Positions 52,775 to 64,000 of a DNA stretch of 64,000 nt are shown in pieces. The DNA is from Callorhinchus milii (Eukaryota). The notes under the pieces were generated by a model. It was not told the DNA's origin. It ran no database searches and saw nothing but the letters and a program-made list of their open reading frames with translations. The stretch is from contig NW_024704742.1 in the NCBI RefSeq assembly GCF_018977255.1, positions 97,094,001-97,158,000 of the forward strand, in the 5' to 3' direction. Within the stretch, counting starts at the first letter, position 1. Each line of letters starts with the position of its first letter. Made by a program: the position numbers and the translations under genes.

Positions 52775-53465
52775 GATACAAAATTACATTTGTATGGTGC
52801 CTTTCACGTCGGGAGGAAGTACCAAGATACTGGACAGTCAGGGATTTGGACCCGAGCGGGGGTCAGGATCGAGGAGGGTGGATGGCAGGGAGGGTAGGAG
52901 TGGGCGAAGGCTCGATTGAAGAGGAGTGCTTGAGACATGCCTTGAAGGAGGCAAGGGAAAGAGCAAGGTGAAGGGAATGTGGGATGGAGTTCCATAGGGT
53001 GGGGGAAGAAAGGCTAAAGGCCTGGTCGCAGTTGGTGGGGCAGACCGAACGGGGAACGTACGTAGAGCTGGCCAGAGCCTGCTGAGTGAGCGCACAGGTT
53101 GATATGGGGTCAGCAGGTCACAGAGGTAGGGAAAGGCAAGGCTGTGGAGTGCCTTGAAGGTGGAGGACGAGGATTTTGAACTCTATCCTCTGGGGAAAAA
53201 AGAGCTAGTGGAGCCGGGCGAGGGTTTGGGTGATGGGTCACAGAGCCTGGTGCGGGAGAGGGCACGAGCTGCAGAGTTCTGGAAGATCTGCAGCTTGTGG
53301 AGGGAAGAGTTGGGAAGGTCAACAAGCAGGGAGTTGGCGTAGTCTCGCCTAGATGTGAAGAATGCGTAGATGAGGATTTCAGCAGCCTGAGGGATGAGGC
53401 CGTGGTGGAGCCGAGCGATGTTGCGGAGGTGGGGGAAGGCAGAGCGGGTCATAGCACGGATATGG
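52775..53465 (-). mobile_element. L2 LINE 3' fragment
   Basis: HLRNIARL and QNSAARALSRT peptides; L2 3' terminus. Confidence 0.88.
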
Positions 53466-53560
53466 GATTAAATCTTCAATTGAAATTTAAAGATCAATAT
53501 GAAGTAAAATAGAACATATTAGCCTCATGGTAACATAATTGTATTTAAGTGTGTACTTAC

Positions 53561-53674
53561 TTTGATGGGAGAAATGTGGAAATACTCATACAAACTGACT
53601 GGTGACGTGTCTGTGAAGGAATCATCCATTAGCTCCATCTGAATACATTCAAGGTCCTTTTGGAACAATTCCAC
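53561..53674 (-). CDS. VPS13A: VPS13A exon 60 equivalent (114 nt)
   Basis: VELFQKDLECIQMELMDDSFTDTSPVSLYEYFHISPIK. Confidence 0.96.
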
Positions 53675-53979
53675 CTTGGCAAACAAGGATTGAAACTCAT
53701 GAGATTGCAAAATCTGAATTGTTTATCAATCAAAATGGTTTCATTTTAAATTGGAAGAACAACTGTCACGCTCCAATTTTTGGTTACTTTTGCTTTCTAT
53801 GAAAATCTGGACAAAATGCTTTATTTTGTTCTAGTATGAATAGTGATGTACAAGAATTAGATATGTTTTATTGATTGCAAGTATGCATTTTATCGACATC
53901 TACATCAAGTAAAATACCAACAGGTTATAGTTGGAGACAACTATAATGACAACTAAAACTAACATGACTATTTTGTGGG

Positions 53980-55100
53980 TGACACTGTCGACCAATCTAT
54001 TCTTCTCAACAATCTTTCCTCAGCTCCAGCTTCAGTCTGTCCTTGCCTGATTTCATTCTTACCTATCCCAATGTCTCCAATTCATATCTAACAACAGCTT
54101 CTCCTCCAACCCACGCACTGTCACATGCAGAGTTCCTCAGCATTCTAACCTAAGCCCTCTCCCCTTTAACATCTACATGCTCCTGCTTGGCGATGTCACC
54201 TGTAGACTTGGGGTTAACTTCCACATGTATGTGGATAACACACAACTCTGTATGTCTGCCTCCAGCTTCAATTCCAGGACCACTGCTGTTCTGACTGATT
54301 GCCTATTGGACATCAAATCCTGGATGAGAGCTAACTTTCTCCAGTTGAATGTCGACAAGATAGAGGCCCTTCTGCTTGGCTCCCGTCAGTACCTTCTCAC
54401 CTGAGATGCTGACAGAATCATGTATCTGGATGAATATTCACCTCATAAAGCCAGTGTGGGACCTCAGTATCTTGGTCGACTGTCAACTGTCCTTTAAACT
54501 CTATTTTGTGCCTTGACCTGTTCAGATTTCTCCTACATCCGCCTCTGCCACTACCTCTCCCCTTGGACCACCACCACCAAAAACAAATTACACTTGGATA
54601 GTGCCCTTCACGTCGGATAGATGTCCCAGGCTGCTGGACAGCAAGGGGTTACCAAGAGCCTAAGCTATGCTCTTATCGTCCAGGCTTCACTACACAAACA
54701 ATCTTCTTCCTGGACATCCCAACTTTTCCCTCCACAAGCTGCAAACCATTCTGAGGCCCATGTCCTCTCCCGCACTAGGATCCACTCCCATCCTTACCCA
54801 GCTTCACTCGTTCTCTTCCCCCAGAGGATTGAGTTCAAGATCCTCGTCCTCAAATTTAAATCCCTCCACGGTCTTGTCCCACCCTACCTCTGTGACCTTC
54901 GAAAACCATAGCAAACCGCCTGCTCCTTTCGCTCAGCAGGATCTGGCCTGCTTCATGTCCGCCGCTCTGCCCGCCCTAAAAGCCTTCAGCCTTTCTGCCT
55001 CACTCTCTGGAATTTCATCCCGGAGTCCCTTCCCCTCACCCCATTCAAGGTCTATCTCAATACCTGTCCTCTTCCCATCCCATCCACTTTGGCCCCCACC
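53980..55100 (+). mobile_element. Degraded L2 LINE, with an antisense L2 3' tip inserted at about 54570-54650
   Basis: GVNFHMYVDNTQL and IEFKILVLKFKSLHGLVPPYL peptides. Confidence 0.85.
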
Positions 55101-55255
55101 CCCAGGGTGGTGCCTGAAACCACAATTTTCTGACTCAGAGTGAGAGTGCTACAAACTGAGCCATCCTGACAAAGAATGCAGATCATCCTAAGGTCACACA
55201 AGTGCCAAAATAAACAAACAGTCAGCATTAGTGTAGCTTTAAATTGTTTTTCTAC

Positions 55256-55367
55256 CTTTTGCTCTCCAGAAATATCATCTGTTGGCTGATTGATGAGCTC
55301 CATCAAAGCAAAAAGGAAACCCAGATCTACCTTCAGATCCATTTCTTGAATGAGAACCATGAAATAC
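55256..55367 (-). CDS. VPS13A: VPS13A exon 59 equivalent (112 nt)
   Basis: (K)YFMVLIQEMDLKVDLGFLFALMELINQPTDDISGEQK. Confidence 0.94.
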
Positions 55368-56232
55368 CTGTGATAAGTATAAATAATTAAAAAATCTTCA
55401 AGAGGGTAATTTAATTAAGAATTACTTTCCAAGTAACTCATGTATGTTTTTTAGAATTATTTGGAAAAAAATAATCCTTGTTTTGAGAATATAAAATATA
55501 ATGCACAAATGTCTTAAGAACTACAAAGATAATTGATGTCAAATGTAGTGACAGCATGCAGGCAATTTGCCCACACCAAGGTCCCACAAACAGCTGTAAA
55601 GTGAATGCGAAAAATATCTGGAGGATTATTAGTCAGGACACCAAGAAACATTTCCTATTTATTTTCAAATACTGGCTTGATATATTAAACATCAACACAA
55701 AAGCCGGGTGGACCTTGGTCTCATCCAAAGCATTGCATTTCAGAAATGCAGGGCACCCCAAGAACTGAACTGGAATGTATGTCCTCAGAGATGGCAAGCT
55801 CAAACTCCTGATGTAGGACATAAGATCCACAACCCTCTGATCCAGAGGTGAGAGTGCTACTAATAGACCCAAGCTGACAGATATAATTAGAGTTCAAATT
55901 AAAATATGCTACATTTGGGTTTTCTATTTTGTTTACATTTACTACAAATATGGGAGTTCTTTGCTTTTCTCATTCGATTTAATAACAATCATGTTTTAAA
56001 CAGTAGGATTTTACAAAATAATTAGGACCAAATAATAAATATATCCTAGAAACTAAAGATCTTGAGCTACCAATATTTCTAAAAACTATATTATTTTGCT
56101 TTTGACTACCGCTTTGTGCAGATATATAATTTTTTTTAAAAAATCACAAAAAGGTTGATATTCAACAAAATTTTAAATTAGATTTAATTATGTCAACTGA
56201 GAGGATTAACGTCATTCATATCTATGACTCAC

Positions 56233-56302
56233 TTGTAACGTGGTATTTTTGACTCTCCTGCAAACCTTGTGACAATACTGACATCGGCAAAAGGTTTTGG
56301 TG
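56233..56302 (-). CDS. VPS13A: VPS13A exon 58 equivalent (70 nt)
   Basis: APKPFADVSIVTRFAGESKIPRY(K). Confidence 0.94.
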
Positions 56303-56827
56303 CTGGTAACAAAAGGAAAAAAAGTACATAAAAATATATACTGAAATATACAACACTTATTTTTCCAAGCTAAATTTTAAGCCCATCAAAAAAAATTGTC
56401 CAACATTCATCAATCTTACTGCTTTGCCTTTTGTATGGAAAAAAAGTAGTCCAATTTTTGTAAAAGCTTTCAGGTATAGTGCTCTGAGATATTAGCCTAT
56501 TTGAAGAGTGCTATGTGTATGCAGGATGATGATGATTTAAGAATGCAATTCACACCTGTACCCAATATACGCAAGGTTAGAGATTCCCACTTCAATGCTG
56601 TAATATAATAAGTTAATGGTAAGGGAAAATATAATTTAACTTAGTTTCAATATATCAAAAGTAGAAATGGGTTCCATCGACTATACTGTAACTAGTTTAT
56701 TTTGAACTGCAACATGTCCGAATATTTATCTATTTAAAAAGTTCTGAATGCATCTGAAAATAAATGTTTCCATGCATATATTTGAGCAAATAAAAAAAAT
56801 TGTTAATACAAATCATATCAAACTAAC

Positions 56828-56909
56828 CTGAATCCATGTTGATAGATTTAGGAGGGATAATGGGGCAAAATGGAAAGGGAAAGATGGCTCCACCAAGCTG
56901 GTTTTGAAT
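56828..56909 (-). CDS. VPS13A: VPS13A exon 57 equivalent (82 nt)
   Basis: IQNQLGGAIFPFPFCPIIPPKSINMDS. Confidence 0.94.
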
Positions 56910-57264
56910 CTGACAAAGAAACAGTACAGTAGTGCTTTTAGAGAGGACAATATGCTTTATTCATCGCATATTCATTAAATCTCTATTTAATCCTATTTCA
57001 TGCTGGTTTTGTATTGGTTATCCTGAGAGTCTGAAAACAGCAAAAGACCCTTGCCTCCAATTCTAAAAGTTGTTCGGAATTTGATTAAAATTTTCCAATC
57101 TCATTTCATTCAGCAATCTTACAAGATTCTCAGGAACAATACAGCTTACTTTTTTTGCCAAGAACTCTGCAGTTTCCATTGGCACTCACTATTCCACCGG
57201 CATTTCATTATTTGGATTCAGACCATGAGCTCCCAGCTCAAGAGTACACGCTATGAAACTCAAT

Positions 57265-58010
57265 GTACAACAACAAAACTACATTTATAGAGCGCCTTTC
57301 AGGTCGGGAGGACGTCCCAAGGTGCTGGAAAGTCAGGGGTCAGGACCTGAGCATAGGGGAGGGGTGGGGTAGGGGTGAGGGAAGGCAGAGAGGTGGGAGG
57401 ACGACCGAAGGCACGATCGAAAGACAGTCTTGAGACAGGTCTTGAAGGAGGAAAGGGAGGAAGCGAGGCGAGGGACTGTGGGATGGAGCTCCAGAGTGTG
57501 GAGACAGAGAGGCTGAACGCTCGGCCACCGATGGTAGAGCGGGTTGGGCGGGAGACATGGAGCAGACCGGAGCCCGCTGAACGTAGGGAGCGGGCAGGTT
57601 GGTAGGGAGTCAGCAGGTCAGAGAGATAGGAGGGGGCAAGGCCATGGGTGGCCTTAAAGGTGAGGACGAGGATCTTGAACTCAATCCTCTGGGGGATGGG
57701 GAGCCAGTGGAGTCAGGCGAGGGTGGGAGTGATGGGATCACGGAGCCTGGTGCGTGAGAGTACATGAGCTACAGAATTTTGGATGATCTGCAGCTTGTGA
57801 AGGGAAGAGCTGGGAAGGCTGATGAGGAGGGAATGTCCATAATCGAGCCCTGATGTGATGAATGGGTGGCTAAGGGTTTCGGCAGCCTGAGGGGTGAGGT
57901 AGTGGTGGTGTTTGGCAATGTTGCGGAGATAGTGGTAGGCAGTGCTGGTCATGGTGTGGAAGTGGGGGAGAAAGGACAGTTCAGAGTCAAACAAGACACC
58001 CAGGTTCCTG
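57265..58010 (-). mobile_element. L2 LINE 3' fragment (similar to the 20950 copy)
   Basis: FDSELSFLPH and [21 protein letters not shown] peptides; L2 tail. Confidence 0.9.
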
Positions 58011-58278
58011 ATGTAAATAGTTGCTTACGACTTTGTACTACCAGCTGTGCCAGCTACAAAATATAGAGAACCACAATATTATTTTGGTAACATCTGTACT
58101 CTAGAAATTGAATTGTATTTGTTACTGCTCAATTATTTCTAATAGTATTGTTACAGAACTTTGATTAATATTTCTAGGCTATTCAGTACAGATCTGTGGG
58201 AATTTTTATAAGCAATTCATGGTTTACTGTTTTCTTTGCCAAAATAACATTATTTATTTTTACCAGCTTTTAACATAC

Positions 58279-58425
58279 CTGTATCCTGTAAATCTGAAAC
58301 CTCAGAGATTTCTGGTGAGCTGAGACTGCATATTCTACTTTTATAGCTGGTAAATAACTTCTTCTCAGTGCTGCTTCATAAGGTTTTAATAATCTCATTT
58401 CCAAACCGGTCGGAGTCAGAAGAGC
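58279..58425 (-). CDS. VPS13A: VPS13A exon 56 equivalent (147 nt)
   Basis: ALLTPTGLEMRLLKPYEAALRRSYLPAIKVEYAVSAHQKSLRFQIYRIQ. Confidence 0.94.
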
Positions 58426-58669
58426 CTTTGCACAAGATTAATTTTTATATTTATAAACCAGTATTAAATGCTACAATTAACTTGAAATACATCAATTTCA
58501 ATTTGGTAATGCAATTATTAGGTTATCATGCATGCAATAAAATACGCAGTTACTGGATCTTAAATCAACAATAAAAAGAAATTATAATATAATACGCAGT
58601 CTGTTAAATGATTTCAAGATTTTATTCTGCAGAATGAAATGACTTTGGTGCTAGATTTGACTTCCTTAT

Positions 58670-59620
58670 CCTTCTTCATTCTTTTCCTCATCTATATGCT
58701 TCCTCTTGGCAACGCAGACACAGGATAAATTTCCACAAGTATGCGGATGACACAAAAATCTGCTTTGCCTCCTCTAGCTGCGCCTCCAGGTCCGCCGATG
58801 TTCTATCAGCTTGTCTGGCAGACATCAGGGCCTGGATGAGTGCAAATTTCCTGCAGCTGAATGTGGACAAGACAGAAGCCATAATCCTTGGCTCCTGTCA
58901 ACGTCTTCACTCCTCAAACTCCCTGGGCTCTCCCTCACTCATCGAACCAGTGCGTAATCTAGGCGTCCTTCCTCCCCCACATCCGGTCCCTGACCAGGAC
59001 CGCCTTCCTCCACCTCTGCTACTTTGCCCCCCTCCGTCTGTACCTTACCCCAAATGCAGCCGAAACCCTCGTGCATGCGTTTGTCACCTCTCGCCTGGAT
59101 TACTCAAACGCACTCCTCGCCATCTCCCCAGTTCCACTATTCAAAAGATCAAGCACATTCAGAACTCTGCTGCCCACATACTGACCTGGACCAAACTCCG
59201 TACCCACATTTCACCAGTTCTGGCCAGGCTCCACTGGCTCCCCATCACCGAACGGATTGACTTCAAGATCCTCACACTCGTGCTCAAATCCCTTCACTCC
59301 CTTGTACCACCCTACCTCTCGGGCCTCCTTACCCTCCAATCGACCACCCGGCACCTCCACTTGACTGGCATCGGCCTCCTGCTTGTCCCTCGTGCTCTCC
59401 ACTCCATCATTGGAGGTTGCATTTTCAGCCACGACCCCCCAAAACTCTCCCTCAGTTCCTCCACCTTGCTACCTCTCCCCTTTTTCAAGTCCCACCTGAA
59501 AACTTTTCGACCGTGCTTACGGTAACCTCCCACCACAACTTGCAGTCAGGCTCCGCCACTATTAAGCGCTCTGAGACGCTACGCTGTGTGGAGTGTGCTA
59601 TATAAGTTGCTGTTGTTGTT
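58670..59620 (+). mobile_element. L2 LINE, divergent subfamily
   Basis: YADDT, NFLQLNVDKTEA and LHWLPITERIDFKIL peptides; different 3' tail. Confidence 0.88.
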
Positions 59621-59862
59621 AAAGCCTATGGAATTATTTTATTCCTTTCTCCTGTTGCAGACAATTTAACAATACATTCCCTGAGCTAAGAAAATCTAGG
59701 TCATGCATCACTTTCTCAAGCTGTAAAAGTGCTAACTTCACTTCTATTTATAATCTGGTGAATAACTCAATAAAATTGGACTTAAGCAAGTTAAGCAACA
59801 AGCATTTCTAAGACATGGACTTATTATTGGGCAGGATCATGAGCATAGTTTTCAAAACTGAC

Positions 59863-60016
59863 CTGAAAATCATGACATGATTCAACAATCTGGTTGTTTT
59901 GGGGGCCAGAATCCTTATAATCCTTAAAAACCTTCTCCAATTCTCTTGTCTGTTTTATGCTTGTTGGTTTCCAGCGGGATTTAGCTTTGATTTTGGTCTC
60001 CCAAACAATGTCAGAA
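59863..60016 (-). CDS. VPS13A: VPS13A exon 55 equivalent (154 nt), WWE-like segment
   Basis: (S)SDIVWETKIKAKSRWKPTSIKQTRELEKVFKDYKDSGPQNNQIVESCHDFQ. Confidence 0.94.
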
Positions 60017-60171
60017 CTGGATTGCACATAAAACAAAATTGTATTTGAAAATCTTCATATTGTAGATTCAAAAATGTACGACTAATTAATTTTCTATACT
60101 ATTGTGCGTTGTTTGAAATTAAACATTTTTATAACCAAAAATACCGATTTGTGACTAAAACACAGCAGCTA

Positions 60172-61820
60172 ATGCAGCAACAACAACCACCACCTTACAG
60201 TTGTATAGCTCCTTTCACGTCAGGAGGACGTCCCAAAGCACTGGACAATCAGTGTTTCGGACCCAAGCTGGGGGTCAGGACCGGGGAGGGTAGAGGGTAG
60301 GGGGGGGGGAAGGAGGGTGACCGAAGGCACAGTCGAAGAGGAGGGTCTTGAGATGGGTTTTGAAAGAGGCAAGGGAGGGGGCGAGGCAGAGGGCCTGTGC
60401 GATGGAGTTCCACAGGGTAGGGGCAGAATGGCAGAAGGCTCGCCTGCCAATGGTGAAGCGGGCGAGGCGGGGATGTGAAGCAGGCCGACGGACCCTGCTG
60501 AGTGGAGGGAGCGGGCAGTTTAGAAGGCTGCAGAGGTAGGGGGGGAATCAAGACCATGAAGGGCTTTGAAGGTGAGGACCAGGATCTTGAACTGTGTGAT
60601 GGGGTGCCAGTGGAGTCGGGCGAGGATGGGGGTGATAGGGTCGCGGAGCCTGGTCCCCGAGAGCACATGTGGTGCAGAGTTCTGGATGATCTGCAGCCTA
60701 TAGAGGGAGGAGTTAGTGAGACCGACAAGCAGGGAGTTTGCATAGTTGAGCCTGTATGTTATGAATATGTGTATGAGGGACTGGCTTAGTAAGGTGGAGT
60801 GTGCATCCTTGGATGGTGATGCTGTCAGTTCTGACGGGAGCCAAGCAGGAGAGCCTCAGTCTTGTTGATGTTCAACTGTAGAAGGTTAGCTCTCATCCAG
60901 GACTTGATGTCTGCCAAACATTCTGTCAGGACAGCAGTGGTCTTGGAGTCAAGGGTGGAGGCAGAGAGTTGGGTGTCATCCGCAAACATGTGGAAATTGA
61001 CCCCATGTCTGCTGAAGATGTCACCAAGAGGGAGTATATCGATATTGAAGAGGAGGGGACTAAGGACAGAGCCCTGGGTACCCCGCACAAGACGGTGCGG
61101 GGGCTAGGGGAGAAGCTGTTTGTGGAAATTAAGTGGAGACGGTGTGAGAGGTAGGAGCTGAACCAGTCAAGGACAGAACTACAGAGGTTGAGGTGAGAGG
61201 AGAGGTGGTGGATGAGGATAGAGTGGTCAAGGTTATCGAAGGCAGCAGAGAGGTCAAAGAGGACGAGGAGGCAGAGGGAGCCCTGGTCGCAGACAGACAA
61301 AATGTCATTTATCACTTTGACCGAAGCTGTTTCTGTGCTGGGGACGGCACGGAAACCCGATTGGTGGTGTTTGTGAAGGGAGTAGTGGGAGAGGAAGAAG
61401 CGAAGCAATGACATTTTCCAGGACCTTGGAAAGGGAGGTTGGAAATGGAGTGGTAGTTTGAAAGCAGAGATGGGTCCAGGGAGGATTTTTTTTAGGATAG
61501 GAGTGATGACGGCTGTTTTTAAAGGTGTGGGAACCGTGTCAGTGGACAGGGAGAGGTTTATGATGTTTGTGAGTAGAGGGGCAAGGAAATGGAGCTGAGG
61601 GGTAAAGTGGCAATGAGAGAGGAGGGGGAGGTTTGAAGTTTGAAGTTGTGGAGGGAGGGATGGGGAGGGGTGTGAGAGGGAGATGGTAGTGGTCAGAAGG
61701 GCAGAGGCAGCTAAGTGGAACGCCTCAACTTTGGTTTTGAGGAAGACCAGCTTCTCCTCGCAGTTGGAGTTGGAGGAGAGGATGGGGTGAGGCGTGAGAG
61801 GGTGGGTGGAGGAGCCGGTT
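60172..61820 (-). mobile_element. Longest L2 LINE copy, covering most of the RT domain, degraded
   Basis: [28 protein letters not shown] and MFADDTQL peptides. Confidence 0.92.
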
Positions 61821-61894
61821 GATGATGCAGCAAGAATTATAAAGTATTATAAAGATTCAGTAAAGAATCTGAAATAAAGCATGCATATACTCAC

Positions 61895-62127
61895 CTTGTT
61901 ATGCCAATATAGACCACTTCCTGTCTTATTGAATTATTGACCAGTGAGAGACCTAGATTCTGCAATGAGAGATTGATTTCCTGTGCTGCAAGCTCTGCTT
62001 TCTCATTTTCCTTTGTAACTTTAAATATTTTCTCGTCTTTCGTAAACACAACAACTCGCTGAGTACCCTCGAAAATTGATGTCAAATAAATGTTCCCATT
62101 ACTGCTGTCAAACACTGAGAATTTATC
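61895..62127 (-). CDS. VPS13A: VPS13A exon 54 equivalent (233 nt)
   Basis: DKFSVFDSSNGNIYLTSIFEGTQRVVVFTKDEKIFKVTKENEKAELAAQEINLSLQNLGLSLVNNSIRQEVVYIGIT(S). Confidence 0.95.
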
Positions 62128-63852
62128 CTAAGAGAAAAAATACATTTGAGTATTGAATATTTTTGTCACTTCCAAAGGTACTTTTTTATTGCAGAATGTC
62201 AAAAATTTGATTTCAGACATATCGAATTCTCGCAAATGGACCTTATCATATCAAACATTTTCAAAACACTTTACAAGTATTTTCCTTTCAAGTTTAGTAG
62301 CTGTTTTGTAGGCAAATGGGTAATCATTCACACCACCAAGACCCAGAAAGAATAATTAGATAATAATAATCCTTGCATTTAATGTTGAAATGTCTCAAGA
62401 ATTCAATGGGTAGGAAAACATACTGATCTGTCGACAGGAAAATGGTGGCAAAGCTCTCACAAATTTTATGCTGAGCTGTGCTGCTAGGCAGGAAGTTTGC
62501 AAATAGCTCCCAATACTGCTTTCCATCAAGTGAGGACTCAAATCAGCATTTATTAGATATCAAATACTATTATTATTAGATAGTTACTATCCTAAGTGGG
62601 GATGAGTTTGGGGGGGAAGACAAACAGGGTGTTCTTGAGGCTGACAATGTCGGCAATGGAATGTCGTGATCAAGTCATTTCTCTGTGGCGGTTGCGGAAG
62701 TCCATTTCCTGAGACAGTTGGATCTGCAGTTCTTAAAACTCTGCTGATTCCAGCCTGGCCTGTGAGCAGGACCTGGAGGGACATCTCATTGGGGGCAGTA
62801 ATTTCCCACACTTGGCTGCTTTTAACCCTGCTCACCAAAGAGGTTTGGTAGTCCTAGCTGGAGAAGCAGCAGGAAACTTGCAAACAGTACTCTTAATGGC
62901 AAACTATGCTATTTCAGTTGGTTAATCTCCAGCAGTACCTCAATGCCCATTCTGCATTGGGATACCCAAGCCCTGGTTCATGCCAACCTCTACCTCCTAA
63001 TAATCTCTGGCATTAGGTAAGAGGTTGTGTCCCTCGAGGAGTAAGTGTACAATCCATTCCAGACCCAGATAAATATTCAAATGTAAGTAGCATACATATG
63101 CAGTAAAACTTGCATAAGTCATGTCAGTCAGGACCATGATATCCAATACAACTTTCGTGGAGTCTGAGTTACAGACAAACTTGTACAAGTTAGATTTTAT
63201 ATGACTAACACATAACAATAAACAAGTACCTCTTTTTCCGCACTTGTTTCAACCAAGTACGCTTTACTGTACTGCACATGCGGTAAGTGCACCTGTGGCT
63301 GTGGGTCAAGCCTCTGTTTCCCTTGTTTGCTTCAAACGGAACACTGCTTGTGCAGTATTTCAATGCAGCCGGTAAGTGTAGTATCGGCGTCATGCGTTAG
63401 GAGATGATTGGCGTTACGAGTTAGGAGATGTATTTGAGACTAAGAAGCTATTAACGATTTAACCGTTTATCCAATTTATAATAAAATATGACTAGTGCAA
63501 AGAAATTTAAGTGTCTTTTGGTAGCAAACTGAATGGAACTTGGATGCATGTTAAGCAATTATACGATTTATAAAGAGAAGACTTATGCGATTTTTACTGC
63601 ATGTGAAACTCTCAGTCAGGTTTGGATAGTTTTAAACAGGGTGATTGTTTTCTGCACCACATTAACCAAAAGTCTCAAATCGCATATAATTACTGAGTAT
63701 TTGGAGGCAAAAGCACAAATTAATTTGAGCACAGCAGTGTCCCATAAACAGCCATGAATGTTGTACTTTAGTTTAATGCCTCTTTTGAAAAATGGGACCT
63801 GAGTAAATTGTACATTTGAAAATGTTACTCCAAGTGATTTCTGGATACGTAC

Positions 63853-63982
63853 CTCTACGGCACTCAGCTGTTCTGTAGAATTTCCAAATTTGCAGATCAG
63901 TGTTCTGCATCCTGTTAGATCTTCCCAAGTGTAATACATTGCTTTACCTGGTGGCAGTTCAGTTGCTTTCTCTGTTGAACAA
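63853..63982 (-). CDS. VPS13A: VPS13A exon 53 equivalent (130 nt), end of VAB domain; gene continues beyond window
   Basis: ttttcttttag|T; CSTEKATELPPGKAMYYTWEDLTGCRTLICKFGNSTEQLSAVE; gtacgt donor. Confidence 0.93.
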
Positions 63983-64000
63983 CTAAAAGAAAATTGTGAT

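Overview
Vertebrate genomic DNA, AT-rich, with no bacterial or CRISPR features. The repeat landscape (L2 and CR1 LINEs, CORE- and Deu-type tRNA SINEs) points to a cartilaginous fish such as a chimaera; this is inference. Two genes lie tail-to-tail. GNA14 (Gq-family G-alpha-14) is on +, with coding exons 3-7 at 14092-22408; exons 1-2 lie upstream of the window. VPS13A (chorein) is on -, with 20 coding exons at 63982-30286, equivalent to human exons 53-68 and 70-73. All joins are GT-AG and the spliced frames are open. Introns hold young and old L2 LINEs, CR1 LINEs, two tRNA-SINE families sharing an L2 tail, two MITE types and a repeat family I cannot classify. The best lead is an apparent homologue of the human VPS13A isoform-B terminal exon (exon 69) at about 43005-43540. 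It has its own acceptor and poly(A) signal, but its frame shifts so that the acidic tail becomes a hydrophobic one. Other leads are a very young L2 with a perfect 29-bp target-site duplication, inverted L2 pairs around exons, nested insertions, and bidirectional poly(A) hexamers between the genes. I found no convincing wholly new biological system. Human sequences and exon numbers are recalled from memory and need checking by alignment. Repeat boundaries are approximate.
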